Below, one piece after another: positions 40,121 through 49,228 of a stretch of 64,000 nt of DNA. Source of the DNA: an uncultured Bacteroidales bacterium. GTDB taxonomy: Bacteria; Bacteroidota; Bacteroidia; Bacteroidales; VadinHA17. Position numbers and translations under genes: made by a program. The DNA lies in NCBI GenBank assembly GCA_963806555.1, contig CAWDYR010000029.1, forward strand, positions 25,524 to 89,523, written 5' to 3'. The notes under the pieces are model-generated. The model was not told the origin of the DNA and did no database searches. It worked only from the letters and a program-made list of their open reading frames with translations. Every line of letters begins with the position of its first letter. The first letter of the stretch is position 1.

Positions 40121-41410
40121 ATGACTTACGGGCAAACACTTCAATTTTTATATTCACAGCTTCCTGCTTTTCACAGAGTAGGTAAAGCCGCTTACAAAAG
40201 CGATCTTCACAATACACTGGAATTTGATGATTATCTGGGGCATCCGCATAAAAATTACAGTACAATACATGTGGGAGGAACCAATGGCAAAGGCTCAGTG
40301 TCGCACATGATAGCTTCAGTTCTTATGGAGGCAGGATACAAGACAGGCCTCTACACATCCCCGCATCTGAAGGATTTCCGCGAAAGGATAAAAGTGAATG
40401 GGAAAATGATAGGGAAAAGTGATGTAACCTCATTTATTAAAAAGCATTCACAGTTTATAAAATCTCTTGAACCTTCTTTTTTTGAGATGACTGTTGCCCT
40501 TGCATTCGATTATTTCGCCGAGTGCAAAGTCGATGTTGCGGTTATTGAGGTTGGTCTTGGAGGCCGTCTCGACTCAACAAATATTATCACGCCTCTGCTT
40601 TCGCTGATTACAAATATCGGCCATGATCATATGGACCTGCTCGGCAATACATTGGGAGAGATAGCAAAAGAAAAGGCCGGAATAATTAAAGAAAATGTTC
40701 CTGTTGTCATAAGTGAAACTCACCCTGAAACGAAAGATTTATTTATCAGCAAAGCCGGTGAATTACACTCCCCCATTTATTTTGCCGATCAGAACTTTTT
40801 CTGTGAACTGTCGGACGGTGATGTCCCCTGGCGTTGGAGGAAATACAGCCTGTCAGAAACAGCAACAGACATTTTATTCAAAGGCAGGGCAGGACTGGGA
40901 GGCGATTACCAGTCAAAAAATATCCAGGCAGTTTTTCAGGTATTTAAGGTGCTGAATGGTGTCTTCGCGGTTGGAACCGGGAATATCATTGACGGTATCC
41001 GCAAAGTTATAACGAACACTCATCTTACGGGACGATGGCAGATTATTGGCAGGAATCCTTTGACAATTTGCGACACCGGACATAACAGGGAAGGGTTGGA
41101 ATATGTTATTAATCAGATCAACAGGATGCCTAAAACAGCGCTTCACCTGGTTCTTGGTTTTGTGAATGACAAGGACCTGAGTCTTGTCCTGCCGCTATTC
41201 CCGGCAGATGCAAATTACTATTTCACAAAGGCATCTGTCCCAAGGGCTCTGGATGAAAATGCTCTAATGGTTGAGGCTTCCGTTTTTGGACTTAAGGGGA
41301 GTTGTTATAGTGATGTCAGATCTGCGCTTCAGGCTGCGAGGATGAAAGCAGCAGACACAGACCTCATTTTTGTCGGAGGCAGCACTTTCGTGGTTGCCGA
41401 TGCATTATAA
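40121..41410 (+). CDS. folC: bifunctional folylpolyglutamate synthase / dihydrofolate synthase
   Basis: Mur-ligase-family P-loop VGGTNGKGS and FolC-like layout. Confidence 0.9.
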   Translation: MTYGQTLQFLYSQLPAFHRVGKAAYKSDLHNTLEFDDYLGHPHKNYSTIHVGGTNGKGSVSHMIASVLMEAGYKTGLYTSPHLKDFRERIKVNGKMIGKSDVTSFIKKHSQFIKSLEPSFFEMTVALAFDYFAECKVDVAVIEVGLGGRLDSTNIITPLLSLITNIGHDHMDLLGNTLGEIAKEKAGIIKENVPVVISETHPETKDLFISKAGELHSPIYFADQNFFCELSDGDVPWRWRKYSLSETATDILFKGRAGLGGDYQSKNIQAVFQVFKVLNGVFAVGTGNIIDGIRKVITNTHLTGRWQIIGRNPLTICDTGHNREGLEYVINQINRMPKTALHLVLGFVNDKDLSLVLPLFPADANYYFTKASVPRALDENALMVEASVFGLKGSCYSDVRSALQAARMKAADTDLIFVGGSTFVVADAL

Positions 41411-41419
41411 GGGAGCTCT

Positions 41420-42331
41420 TTACGATTCCAGCCATGAGACATGTTCGTCCACCTGCTCAAAATTAGCCATGGCAACTGCTGCAGAGCTGATGAACGGATG
41501 CCCCAGTACCCACCTTACTGCCTCCCTGTATGATGGTTCAGTGTCCGGAGAAGGTGAATATTTGCCCCCGGAGCATGTTTTCATAGCAATTACGCCTATC
41601 CCGTTATTTCCTGCATCTGTCAGAACAGAAATAAGCCTTTTCTGATCCCATTCCGAATACCTCCCGTTTACCGAGTGTACAAACGAACCTTTATGGTTAA
41701 AAGGGACCATAATGACATCGTAGAAATGCTCTTTGTTATTTCTCTCGTGCAGGTTCATATAATCATTATGTGTCGAAAAGCCACATGCCCTTATAACTCC
41801 GGAACTCTTCAGCCCTGCAAAGATCTTCATAACTTCAGGATGGAATAGTAAATTTTCCACTGTGGCATCATGATATAACAGGATATCGATATAATCCGAA
41901 TTTAAGGCTTTAAGGCTTGCTTCAATCTTTGAGTTAAGCGCGTCTTTTATCTCAACGGTACCTTTGTTTCCTTTTCCTCCGGAGGGTAACTCATTGGGGT
42001 CGAGTCTTATTTTTGACTGGATGACAACATTTTTCCTGATCTGGGCAACAGCTTTGCCTACAAGTCGTTCATTATTCCCGTTACCGTAGGACTGGCCGGT
42101 ATCAATGAAATTCAATCCCTTGTCAACAGCATATTTAATCAATGACTCTTCATTTGTCCTTGGAGCTCCAAAACAGATAGGACTGACAATGATCCCGGTC
42201 TTACCCACGCTCCGGCTTCCGGCAGGCAGTGACGAATCAGTTCCAACATTGCGGGACATCAGTTTAATCCCCGCAAGACCTGCCATTGTTGTCGACAGGA
42301 ATTTCTTCCGGCTTATGATTTTTTTCACCAT
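41420..42331 (-). CDS. aldo/keto reductase with Tat-like signal peptide
   Basis: AKR fold sequence (...GLNFIDTGQSYGNGNNERLVG...). The N-terminus SRKKFLSTTMAGLAGIKL resembles a Tat signal. Confidence 0.8.
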   Translation of the reverse strand: MVKKIISRKKFLSTTMAGLAGIKLMSRNVGTDSSLPAGSRSVGKTGIIVSPICFGAPRTNEESLIKYAVDKGLNFIDTGQSYGNGNNERLVGKAVAQIRKNVVIQSKIRLDPNELPSGGKGNKGTVEIKDALNSKIEASLKALNSDYIDILLYHDATVENLLFHPEVMKIFAGLKSSGVIRACGFSTHNDYMNLHERNNKEHFYDVIMVPFNHKGSFVHSVNGRYSEWDQKRLISVLTDAGNNGIGVIAMKTCSGGKYSPSPDTEPSYREAVRWVLGHPFISSAAVAMANFEQVDEHVSWLES

Positions 42332-42627
42332 TTACTGTATGGATTATCTACGATCAATCTGTTTTTTCCTGTTTGCGACATTATAACCAATCTCATATAC
42401 TGCTTTGGCAATGAGTTCCATTTTCCAAAGTCAATTTTTTCAACCACATCACGGGGAGTATGATAGTCGGATGGAACCCGGTGGTAAAGAAGAGCACCGG
42501 GATATCTTTTTAACAAAATTATAATGATCGCTCCTGGCGAATAATTGCAAGGGATTATCCCGGCCACTGAGGCTGTAATCAAAATCAACCGGGGATTTTT
42601 ATCAGCTTCTTCAGCGATTTCTAACAA
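42325..42627 (-). CDS. M28-family peptidase, C-terminal remnant (several frame changes between ~42470 and ~42660)
   Basis: The expected sequence VFVITGNQSRELV / LEIAEEADKN / VDFDYSLSGRDNPLQLFARSDHYNFVKK / DIPVLFFTTGFHP / DYHTPRDVVEKIDF is readable only by hopping between frames. Confidence 0.7.
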   Translation of the reverse strand: MLEIAEEADKNPRLILITASVAGIIPCNYSPGAIIIILLKRYPGALLYHRVPSDYHTPRDVVEKIDFGKWNSLPKQYMRLVIMSQTGKNRLIVDNPYSKW

Positions 42628-43958
42628 GTTCTCTGCTCTGATTGCCTGTAATTACAAAAACACCTGCGAGGACCCGACATGGGTGTTTCATCAGTTGTAT
42701 CTGCAATCCCCTTTACCCTTCCTATCATATCCAGGTTAAGGTCGGCAATTGTATTTTCGAGGGGGAAGAGTGGATTTTTTACATACCACTGGGACCCGAA
42801 GAGTCCGATCTCTTCCCCTGTGACCCAGAGAAATAAAAGGGATCTGAGCGGTTTCTTTTCAAGGCTCCGAAATGCTTCTGCGATCTCCAGGATGGCAGCG
42901 CATCCTGAGGCATTATCATCCGCTCCCGTATTGATATTTTCACCTGAACCTCCTATGTGATCAGCGTGACCTGAGAATACAACAAACTCTTTTTTAAGAA
43001 CCGGATCACTTCCCTCGATCCAACCGGCGACATTGTTAAGGGTTACTTCTTCGGTTTTCGATACCTCTGTTATTTTTAGTTTTTTCCCTTCCAGGGGAAA
43101 GGAGTGCGGTTTAAGGTCTGAATCAATACTCTTCTGCAATTCATCAAGGGTATGACCGGTCCCCCTGAGCAGTTCATCGGCTACTGCCCTGTGTACAAAT
43201 ATTACTTTAGGCATTCCCGGCATATCGATCACAAGAGGTTTGGATCCTTTCAGATACTTACTTGCTTTAAGTTCATTTGCGATCCCAGGATACTGTTGGT
43301 CTACAGATAAATAACCCGATTTTGGGTCAGGAACCAGCAGGATTATCCTTGCCTTCGAGAACATCAGACTTGTCAGTTTCACCTGTATGCTCATGAAAGT
43401 TGACCAGACAGGTTCTTCAAACCGGAAGCTTTTCCCGTCTTCTGTTAAGGGAGAGCGGTTCATGATCAGAACAATCTTTCCTTCAGTGTTAAGATTTGCG
43501 AAATCGTTATAGTTGTATTTGTCGGCTTTTATTCCATAACCGGCAAACACAACTTCTCCTTCAAATTCAAAATCAGAAGAACCGGTCGGCAGTAGCTGTA
43601 TTATTGGTTCGTTGACCGTCATGGTCTCCTGATCACCGGTACTGATCTTAACACTGGTTTTTTCAGTATCTATCGATTTTTTCATAATGACATAGGGCTG
43701 CAGATAACCCGTACCGTTAGCAGGCTTCAGACCTATGAGTTTTGCCTGACCGGCCAGGTAACCAGTAGTAATATCCAGCCCCGCCTCGCCGTTTGATCTG
43801 CCTTTAAGATAAGGAGATGCAATGAAAGAAACATGGCTTTCAAGGTCGCCCGAAACAATAGTTGCGGCGCCGGTAATATGCTTTTGGGAAAAAAGACCGG
43901 CAGGAATTATGAACAATATGAGAATTGCCAGAGATCTGCAAATTTTAATTATTATCAT
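42621..43958 (-). CDS. M28-family peptidase with PA domain, N-terminal part
   Basis: Signal peptide. Motifs GHADHIG, GADDNASG, GEEIGLFGS, NLDMIG. Confidence 0.85.
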   Translation of the reverse strand: MIIIKICRSLAILILFIIPAGLFSQKHITGAATIVSGDLESHVSFIASPYLKGRSNGEAGLDITTGYLAGQAKLIGLKPANGTGYLQPYVIMKKSIDTEKTSVKISTGDQETMTVNEPIIQLLPTGSSDFEFEGEVVFAGYGIKADKYNYNDFANLNTEGKIVLIMNRSPLTEDGKSFRFEEPVWSTFMSIQVKLTSLMFSKARIILLVPDPKSGYLSVDQQYPGIANELKASKYLKGSKPLVIDMPGMPKVIFVHRAVADELLRGTGHTLDELQKSIDSDLKPHSFPLEGKKLKITEVSKTEEVTLNNVAGWIEGSDPVLKKEFVVFSGHADHIGGSGENINTGADDNASGCAAILEIAEAFRSLEKKPLRSLLFLWVTGEEIGLFGSQWYVKNPLFPLENTIADLNLDMIGRVKGIADTTDETPMSGPRRCFCNYRQSEQRTC

Positions 43959-44073
43959 TTAATTAAATAATTGATAAGGTCATAAAAGTAATAAAGTTTT
44001 CATTCAGTATAATTTTTCAACCCGGGGCAAAGGTTATTCTGTGTCAATTTAAAAGTTGTTAAATTTATTTATT

Positions 44074-44081
44074 TAGCTTTG
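44074..44081 (+). promoter_or_regulatory. candidate -7 box (TAGCTTTG) upstream of the TerC gene
   Basis: Matches TAnnTTTG 18 nt before the ATG. No clean -33 TTTG is seen. Confidence 0.3.
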
Positions 44082-44098
44082 CAAATTAATTTTAAGTT

Positions 44099-45013
44099 AT
44101 GCAAGTCAGCCTGGTTTTCTGGATCGGATTCCACATCTTTATTTTGTTTATGCTTGCACTCGACCTGGGTGTCTTTAATAAGAGGGCACATAAAATTGCT
44201 GTAAAGGAAGCACTGGGCTGGAGTTCATTATGGATAACACTTGCTATGTTATTTAATGTATTTGTGTTCTTTGAATTTGGAAAGACAAAAGCTCTCGAGT
44301 TCTTAACAGCTTATGTAATTGAGTATTCGCTGAGTGTTGACAATATTTTTATCTTCATCCTCATATTCTCATACTTTTCTGTAAAAGCCCAATATCAGCA
44401 CAAAATTTTATTCTGGGGTATCCTTGGAGCCTTGATTATGAGAGGGATATTTATTTTTGCCGGAGTTACGCTGATAAACAGATTTCACTGGATAATTATT
44501 ATCTTCGGAGGATTTCTGGTCATTACGGGGATAAAGATGTTGTTCCAGAAGGAGACTTCTGTTGATCCGGAGAAAAATGCACTTGTCAAAGTATTCAGGA
44601 AGTTCTTTCCGGTATCTGAAACACTTCATGGGTCGAAGCTGTTTATCAGGACGGACAGGAAATTATATGCCACTCCTTTATTTCTGGTATTAATTGTAAT
44701 TGAATCATCTGATCTGATTTTTGCAGTTGACAGTATTCCGGCTGTTCTTGCAATAAGCAAGGATACCTTCATTGTCTATACTTCAAACATCTTTGCGATT
44801 CTTGGATTGCGCTCGCTCTATTTTGCTGTGTCGGGAATTATGGCCTATTTCCGCTTTCTTAAAGTAGGACTTGCATTTATTCTTACATTTGTGGGCTTCA
44901 AGATGCTGGCGTCCTATCTGAATATCGAGTTCCCGATTCTGGTGTCGCTGGGTATTATTATTTCAATCCTTGTTATTTCAATTTTGGCTTCGGTACTTAT
45001 CAGAAAGAAGTAA
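44099..45013 (+). CDS. TerC-family integral membrane protein
   Basis: Multi-TM protein with TerC motifs (...EYSLSVDNIFIF... and ...ESSDLIFAVDSIPAV...). Confidence 0.9.
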   Translation: MQVSLVFWIGFHIFILFMLALDLGVFNKRAHKIAVKEALGWSSLWITLAMLFNVFVFFEFGKTKALEFLTAYVIEYSLSVDNIFIFILIFSYFSVKAQYQHKILFWGILGALIMRGIFIFAGVTLINRFHWIIIIFGGFLVITGIKMLFQKETSVDPEKNALVKVFRKFFPVSETLHGSKLFIRTDRKLYATPLFLVLIVIESSDLIFAVDSIPAVLAISKDTFIVYTSNIFAILGLRSLYFAVSGIMAYFRFLKVGLAFILTFVGFKMLASYLNIEFPILVSLGIIISILVISILASVLIRKK

Positions 45014-45020
45014 TTGATAG

Positions 45021-45087
45021 AACCACCCCCCTCCTCAAAAACGCAATTTACTGTCATTCTGAGGAGAACGAAGTGAAGGGTAGAATC
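45021..45087. repeat. half-copy of the same element family (C-rich box + TGTCATTCTGAGGAGAACGAAGTGAAGGGTAGAATC arm)
   Basis: Same order of motifs as the right half of 21165-21332 (CCCCCCTCC ... A-rich ... TGTCATyCyGA......GGrATC). Confidence 0.5.
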
Positions 45088-45209
45088 TCATTCATTCCAA
45101 ATATTAACCGTTCAATAAATATTAACTTTAACCTCCATTTAAAAGCAAAAGATTACTTTTACTCTGTGAAGGGACAAAGTATTCAAAGTAAATCTATTGG
45201 CGGATAAAA

Positions 45210-46262
45210 ATGATTTCGCACAGGCAAAAACCGGCTACTCCGTGGTTGTTGATAGTTCTCTTTATAATTATTTCAGCAAGCAGCATTCTGCTTGGTTTAT
45301 TGTACTATAAAAGCCAGAAAACCAGGCTTTTAAACGACAAAAAACTCGAGCTGTCCGCAATAGCTGACCTGAAAGTAAAGCAGATTGCCCAATGGCGCAA
45401 TGAACGGATCGGAGATGCTGTCCTGATGGGTGAAAATGCTCCTTTTATAAAGCAGCTGTCAGATTATCTGCATTCTTTAGATAACAATACCTTATCCGCT
45501 GAAATTTCGTCAAATCTGAAATCGCTTACAAAGAGCCTGGAATATAAAAGTGCGTTGCTAATTGATTCGACCGGCAGGATAAGGGCCTCCTATCCAAATC
45601 AGGATACCGTGATGGGTGACTACCTTAAGGATCTTTTCCCCGAACTGATTAATCTCCGCTCAGGAATGCTTACTGATCTTCATAAAACCGACGGGGTCGA
45701 CATTATACATCTTGAGCTTATTATTCCACTTATTGACAGGCAAAAAAAGGATTCTACTGCCTTTGGCTTGCTTGCCCTCAGAATAGACCCTCATGAAATT
45801 CTTCATCCGCTTATCCAGACATGGCCGGTGCCAAGTAAGACAGCAGAGTCTCTGCTGGTCGAGCGGGAGGGGGACAAAGTTGTTTACCTTAATGAATTGA
45901 GATTCAAAAAGAACTCTGAGCTTGTCCTGAGTAAATCGGTTTCCGAGGAAAAGCTCCCTGCAGCAATGGCACTGAGGGGAATTGAAGCTACTATTGATGG
46001 TGTCGATTACAGGGGTGCTGAAGTTGTGGCTGCTATGAAAAAGGTACCCGGATCACAGTGGCATATGGTTGCTAAAATTAACCACAATGAGGTTTTTACA
46101 ACACTGGACAAGCAGATAACACTGATAATCATCATTATAATACTCTTTATTCTTACGATAGGGTTACTTCTGGGGATACTTGAGTGGAATGAAAATGTCA
46201 GGTTTTACCGTGAAAAGTATGAGGCTGAGCTTGACCATCTTAGCCTTAAGAAAGCACTTTGA
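45210..46262 (+). CDS. sensor histidine kinase, N-terminal sensor fragment (two TM helices flanking a periplasmic domain; frame break ~46240)
   Basis: TM1, then ~270-aa extracytoplasmic Cache-like region, then TM2. The reading continues in 46180..48108. Confidence 0.75.
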   Translation: MISHRQKPATPWLLIVLFIIISASSILLGLLYYKSQKTRLLNDKKLELSAIADLKVKQIAQWRNERIGDAVLMGENAPFIKQLSDYLHSLDNNTLSAEISSNLKSLTKSLEYKSALLIDSTGRIRASYPNQDTVMGDYLKDLFPELINLRSGMLTDLHKTDGVDIIHLELIIPLIDRQKKDSTAFGLLALRIDPHEILHPLIQTWPVPSKTAESLLVEREGDKVVYLNELRFKKNSELVLSKSVSEEKLPAAMALRGIEATIDGVDYRGAEVVAAMKKVPGSQWHMVAKINHNEVFTTLDKQITLIIIIIILFILTIGLLLGILEWNENVRFYREKYEAELDHLSLKKAL

Positions 46263-48108
46263 TTATATTTTGAAATATGCAAACGATATAATATTTCTTA
46301 CTGACCGGAATCTGGTTATCCTTGAAGCCAACGACAGGGCAGTTGAAACATTTCAGCGTGAAAGTAATGAACTTATCGGCATGAATATGTCAAAAATAAG
46401 GGCACCGGGTACAATTAAGGATCTGACAAAGGAGAAGAAGATTCTTGATGAGAAGGGCTATGCGACATTTGAAACTGCCTATTTAAAGAAAGACGGTACC
46501 ATTATACCCGTCGAAATCAGCGCCCGTAAGGTAGAGATAGAAGGGGTTAGTTATTTCCAGTCGATCTGCCGCGACATTACGGAACGCAAGTATGCCGAAG
46601 AGACCCTCAGGGAGAGTGAAGAACGGTTCAGAAAGATCTTTGAAGACAGCCCCTTCAGCATGTCTATGACCGGAAAAGATCTTGGAATAATAAGGGCAAA
46701 TTCAGCCTTTTGCAAAATGCTGGGCTATAGGGAAGAGGAGCTTAAGTCATTTACATTCAAGGATTTTACTCATCCCGATTATGTCATTGGAGACGACGTG
46801 GCGCTCCTCAGACTGGTTGCTGAGGAGATACCAGTTTACCATACCGAGAAACAGTACATCCGAAAAGACGGTTCTGTAATATGGGGTTCAACCACAATAA
46901 GCATTATCCGGAATAATAACGATGAGGTCCAGTATTTCCTTGCAATGGTTGAGGATATTACTTTACGGAAAAAAGCAGAGGCTGAGCTTGAAAACTCATT
47001 TTCACTCCTGAAAGCTACACTGGAGTCAACCGCCGACGGGATACTTGTTGTAGATGGTGCGGGAAGGATAGTCCAGCACAATCAGAAGTTCATGGAAATG
47101 TGGAGGATACCTGCTGAAGTAATGGAATCGAAAAATGATATGGAGGCCATAAATTTTGTTATGGACCAGCTGATGCATCCCAAAGACTTTGTAACACAGG
47201 TCAGGCAGCTTTATACAGAGCCTGAGAGCACTACTTCTGACCTGCTTGACTTTAAAGACGGAAGGGTTTTTGAACGTTATTCCCAACCCCAGAAAATATC
47301 GGGTAAAAGTGTCGGCAGGGTCTGGAGCTTTCGTGATATTACCGAGCGCAAACAGGCTGAAGCCGAGCTGATTGCAGCAAAAGAAAAAGCTGAAGAAAGC
47401 GACAGGCTCAAAACTGCTTTTCTTCATAATGTCTCGCATGAGATCAGGACTCCAATGAATGCCATTATAGGATTTTCCGCGTTGTTAAATGAACCCGACA
47501 CCACTGAAGCTGAACGCCACCAGTTTATAGACATTATTTTTCAAAGCGGAAGCCAGCTGCTTTCTATCATTAACGACATAGTTGACATTGCAAATGTGGA
47601 AAGCGGCCAGACAAAACTGAATATTAAGGAGTTGAATCTAAACTCGTGCCTGAGGAGCCTTGATGAGCAGTTCAGCTATAAAAAACAGCCGGATGTTATC
47701 TCAATAAACCTTGAAACAGGATTACCTGATGAGGAGTCCAATGTCCTGACTGACAGTACCAAGCTTATTCAGATCCTTTCAAATCTTATTAGCAACGCTA
47801 CCAAATTCACGAGCGAAGGATGCATTGATTTCGGTTATAATCTTAACGACGGCTTCCTGGAATTCTTTGTTAAAGACACCGGAATAGGTATACCGCCTGA
47901 GCATCATGAAAAAATATTTGAACGCTTTTTTCAGGTTGATAATCCGCTTTCAAGAAAATTTGGCGGTACAGGACTTGGACTTTCAATCTGCAAAGCATAT
48001 GTTGAATTGCTGGGTGGCAGGATCTGGTTAAAGTCAAGACCCGGAGAAGGAACTGTTTTTCATTTCACCATACCCTATAAAAGGACCCTGAGGGCGGTAA
48101 TAAAATAA
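46180..48108 (+). CDS. sensor histidine kinase, PAS x3 + HisKA + HATPase_c fragment
   Basis: Three PAS/PAC units (each ending ...DITERK/DITLRK). H-box SHEIRTPMNAI. N/G boxes NLISNATKFT, DTGIGI, GGTGLGLSI. Confidence 0.9.
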   Translation: MSGMKMSGFTVKSMRLSLTILALRKHFDYILKYANDIIFLTDRNLVILEANDRAVETFQRESNELIGMNMSKIRAPGTIKDLTKEKKILDEKGYATFETAYLKKDGTIIPVEISARKVEIEGVSYFQSICRDITERKYAEETLRESEERFRKIFEDSPFSMSMTGKDLGIIRANSAFCKMLGYREEELKSFTFKDFTHPDYVIGDDVALLRLVAEEIPVYHTEKQYIRKDGSVIWGSTTISIIRNNNDEVQYFLAMVEDITLRKKAEAELENSFSLLKATLESTADGILVVDGAGRIVQHNQKFMEMWRIPAEVMESKNDMEAINFVMDQLMHPKDFVTQVRQLYTEPESTTSDLLDFKDGRVFERYSQPQKISGKSVGRVWSFRDITERKQAEAELIAAKEKAEESDRLKTAFLHNVSHEIRTPMNAIIGFSALLNEPDTTEAERHQFIDIIFQSGSQLLSIINDIVDIANVESGQTKLNIKELNLNSCLRSLDEQFSYKKQPDVISINLETGLPDEESNVLTDSTKLIQILSNLISNATKFTSEGCIDFGYNLNDGFLEFFVKDTGIGIPPEHHEKIFERFFQVDNPLSRKFGGTGLGLSICKAYVELLGGRIWLKSRPGEGTVFHFTIPYKRTLRAVIK

Positions 48109-48258
48109 ATTTTCTGTTTATTTCCGTTTGCCGGAAACAAAGAGATACTGGTGTTCCCGATATGAACGGTTCAACTATGTTTCAATAAAAGTAAAACCTC
48201 TTTTGAACAATACTTTACTATTTAATGTTTAATTAGTCTAATTTAAAATTAAATAGTT

Positions 48259-48993
48259 ATGAAAAAGAACATTTTATTTGGGGTGTTATTATTTTCGGCA
48301 ACAGTTTTGTTGTCGCAGGAGAAAAAGGAAGACAGAAATTTCAGGATACCTCTGATAGGAGAAGTCGCACCTTCGTTTACCGCTGAATCAACAAACGGAA
48401 CTATTAACTTCCCTCTTGATTATGGCCGGCACTGGAAGGTACTGTTCAGCCATCCACAGGACTTTACGCCTGTTTGCTCTTCAGAAATTCTGGAACTTGC
48501 ATTTCTGCAGAGTGAATTTGACAAACTTGATACCAAACTGGTTGTGATGTCGACTGACCCGGTTGAAACACATCGTGACTGGAAAAAAGCCCTTGAAAGT
48601 CTTGAATATAAGGGAAGAACTACCGAGAAAATTAAATTTCCCATCGTTGATGATGAGAGACTGGCCGTTTCCAAACTATACGGCATGATTCATGCTCCGT
48701 CAAATACTACAAGAGACGTAAGGGGAGTATTCATTATTGATCCCGATAACATTGTTGAAGCAATCTACTTTTATCCGACTAATGTTGGCCGGAGCACAGA
48801 GGAGATTATGAGAACAATCACAGCACTTCAGACAGCCAGAAAGAACAATGTTCTGACACCAGCAGACTGGCAGGCAGGTAACGATGTATTTGTCCCGTAT
48901 CCTTCAAAAACAGAAGGTGATAAAACCGATGCAGGTATGAGTGATATTTACAAGGTCTCCTGGTTTATGACGGCTAAAAAACTAAATCCCTAG
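48259..48993 (+). CDS. peroxiredoxin (1-Cys Prx/Prx6-like) with N-terminal signal peptide
   Basis: Peroxidatic motif HPQDFTPVCSSE. The N-terminus MKKNILFGVLLFSATVLLSQE looks like a Sec signal. Confidence 0.85.
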   Translation: MKKNILFGVLLFSATVLLSQEKKEDRNFRIPLIGEVAPSFTAESTNGTINFPLDYGRHWKVLFSHPQDFTPVCSSEILELAFLQSEFDKLDTKLVVMSTDPVETHRDWKKALESLEYKGRTTEKIKFPIVDDERLAVSKLYGMIHAPSNTTRDVRGVFIIDPDNIVEAIYFYPTNVGRSTEEIMRTITALQTARKNNVLTPADWQAGNDVFVPYPSKTEGDKTDAGMSDIYKVSWFMTAKKLNP

Positions 48994-49049
48994 GAAACAT
49001 AATCGGTTTCGCGGGTTAGACCGCCTTTAGAACAGAATTATAAGGAAAC

Positions 49050-49082
49050 AAGAGGTCAGCGTTCAACTGACCTCTTCCTTTT
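49050..49082 (+). terminator. rho-independent terminator after the peroxiredoxin gene
   Basis: 10-bp stem AAGAGGTCAG / CTGACCTCTT with a 7-nt loop, followed by CCTTTT. Confidence 0.6.
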
Positions 49083-49228
49083 GGCATCTTCTACTGCAAT
49101 AATTTAATCTGACTTTAGTTATAAAACTGTGTAATAACTATTATCCCGCCTTTTGGAATATTTCAAAGCCGGTTTAGATATATGATACGAAAAAAGTGTA
49201 ATTTTATGGTTGGAATGAAACGGCCGGA

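Noticed and set aside
39936-40265. The 110-aa N-terminal extension of the PIN-PhoH ORF (track 38601..40265), which overlaps the folC start.
   Set aside because: The extension has no PhoH/PIN similarity and would overlap the divergent folC by 145 nt. The internal ATG at 39935 yields the canonical PIN N-terminus and leaves a normal divergent promoter region.
43959-44098. Possible yybP-ykoY (Mn2+) riboswitch upstream of the TerC-family gene, a classic association.
   Set aside because: The 140-nt leader is AT-rich. It lacks the conserved GGGGAGTAG-type core and any convincing four-helix arrangement, and only a -7-like promoter box is seen.
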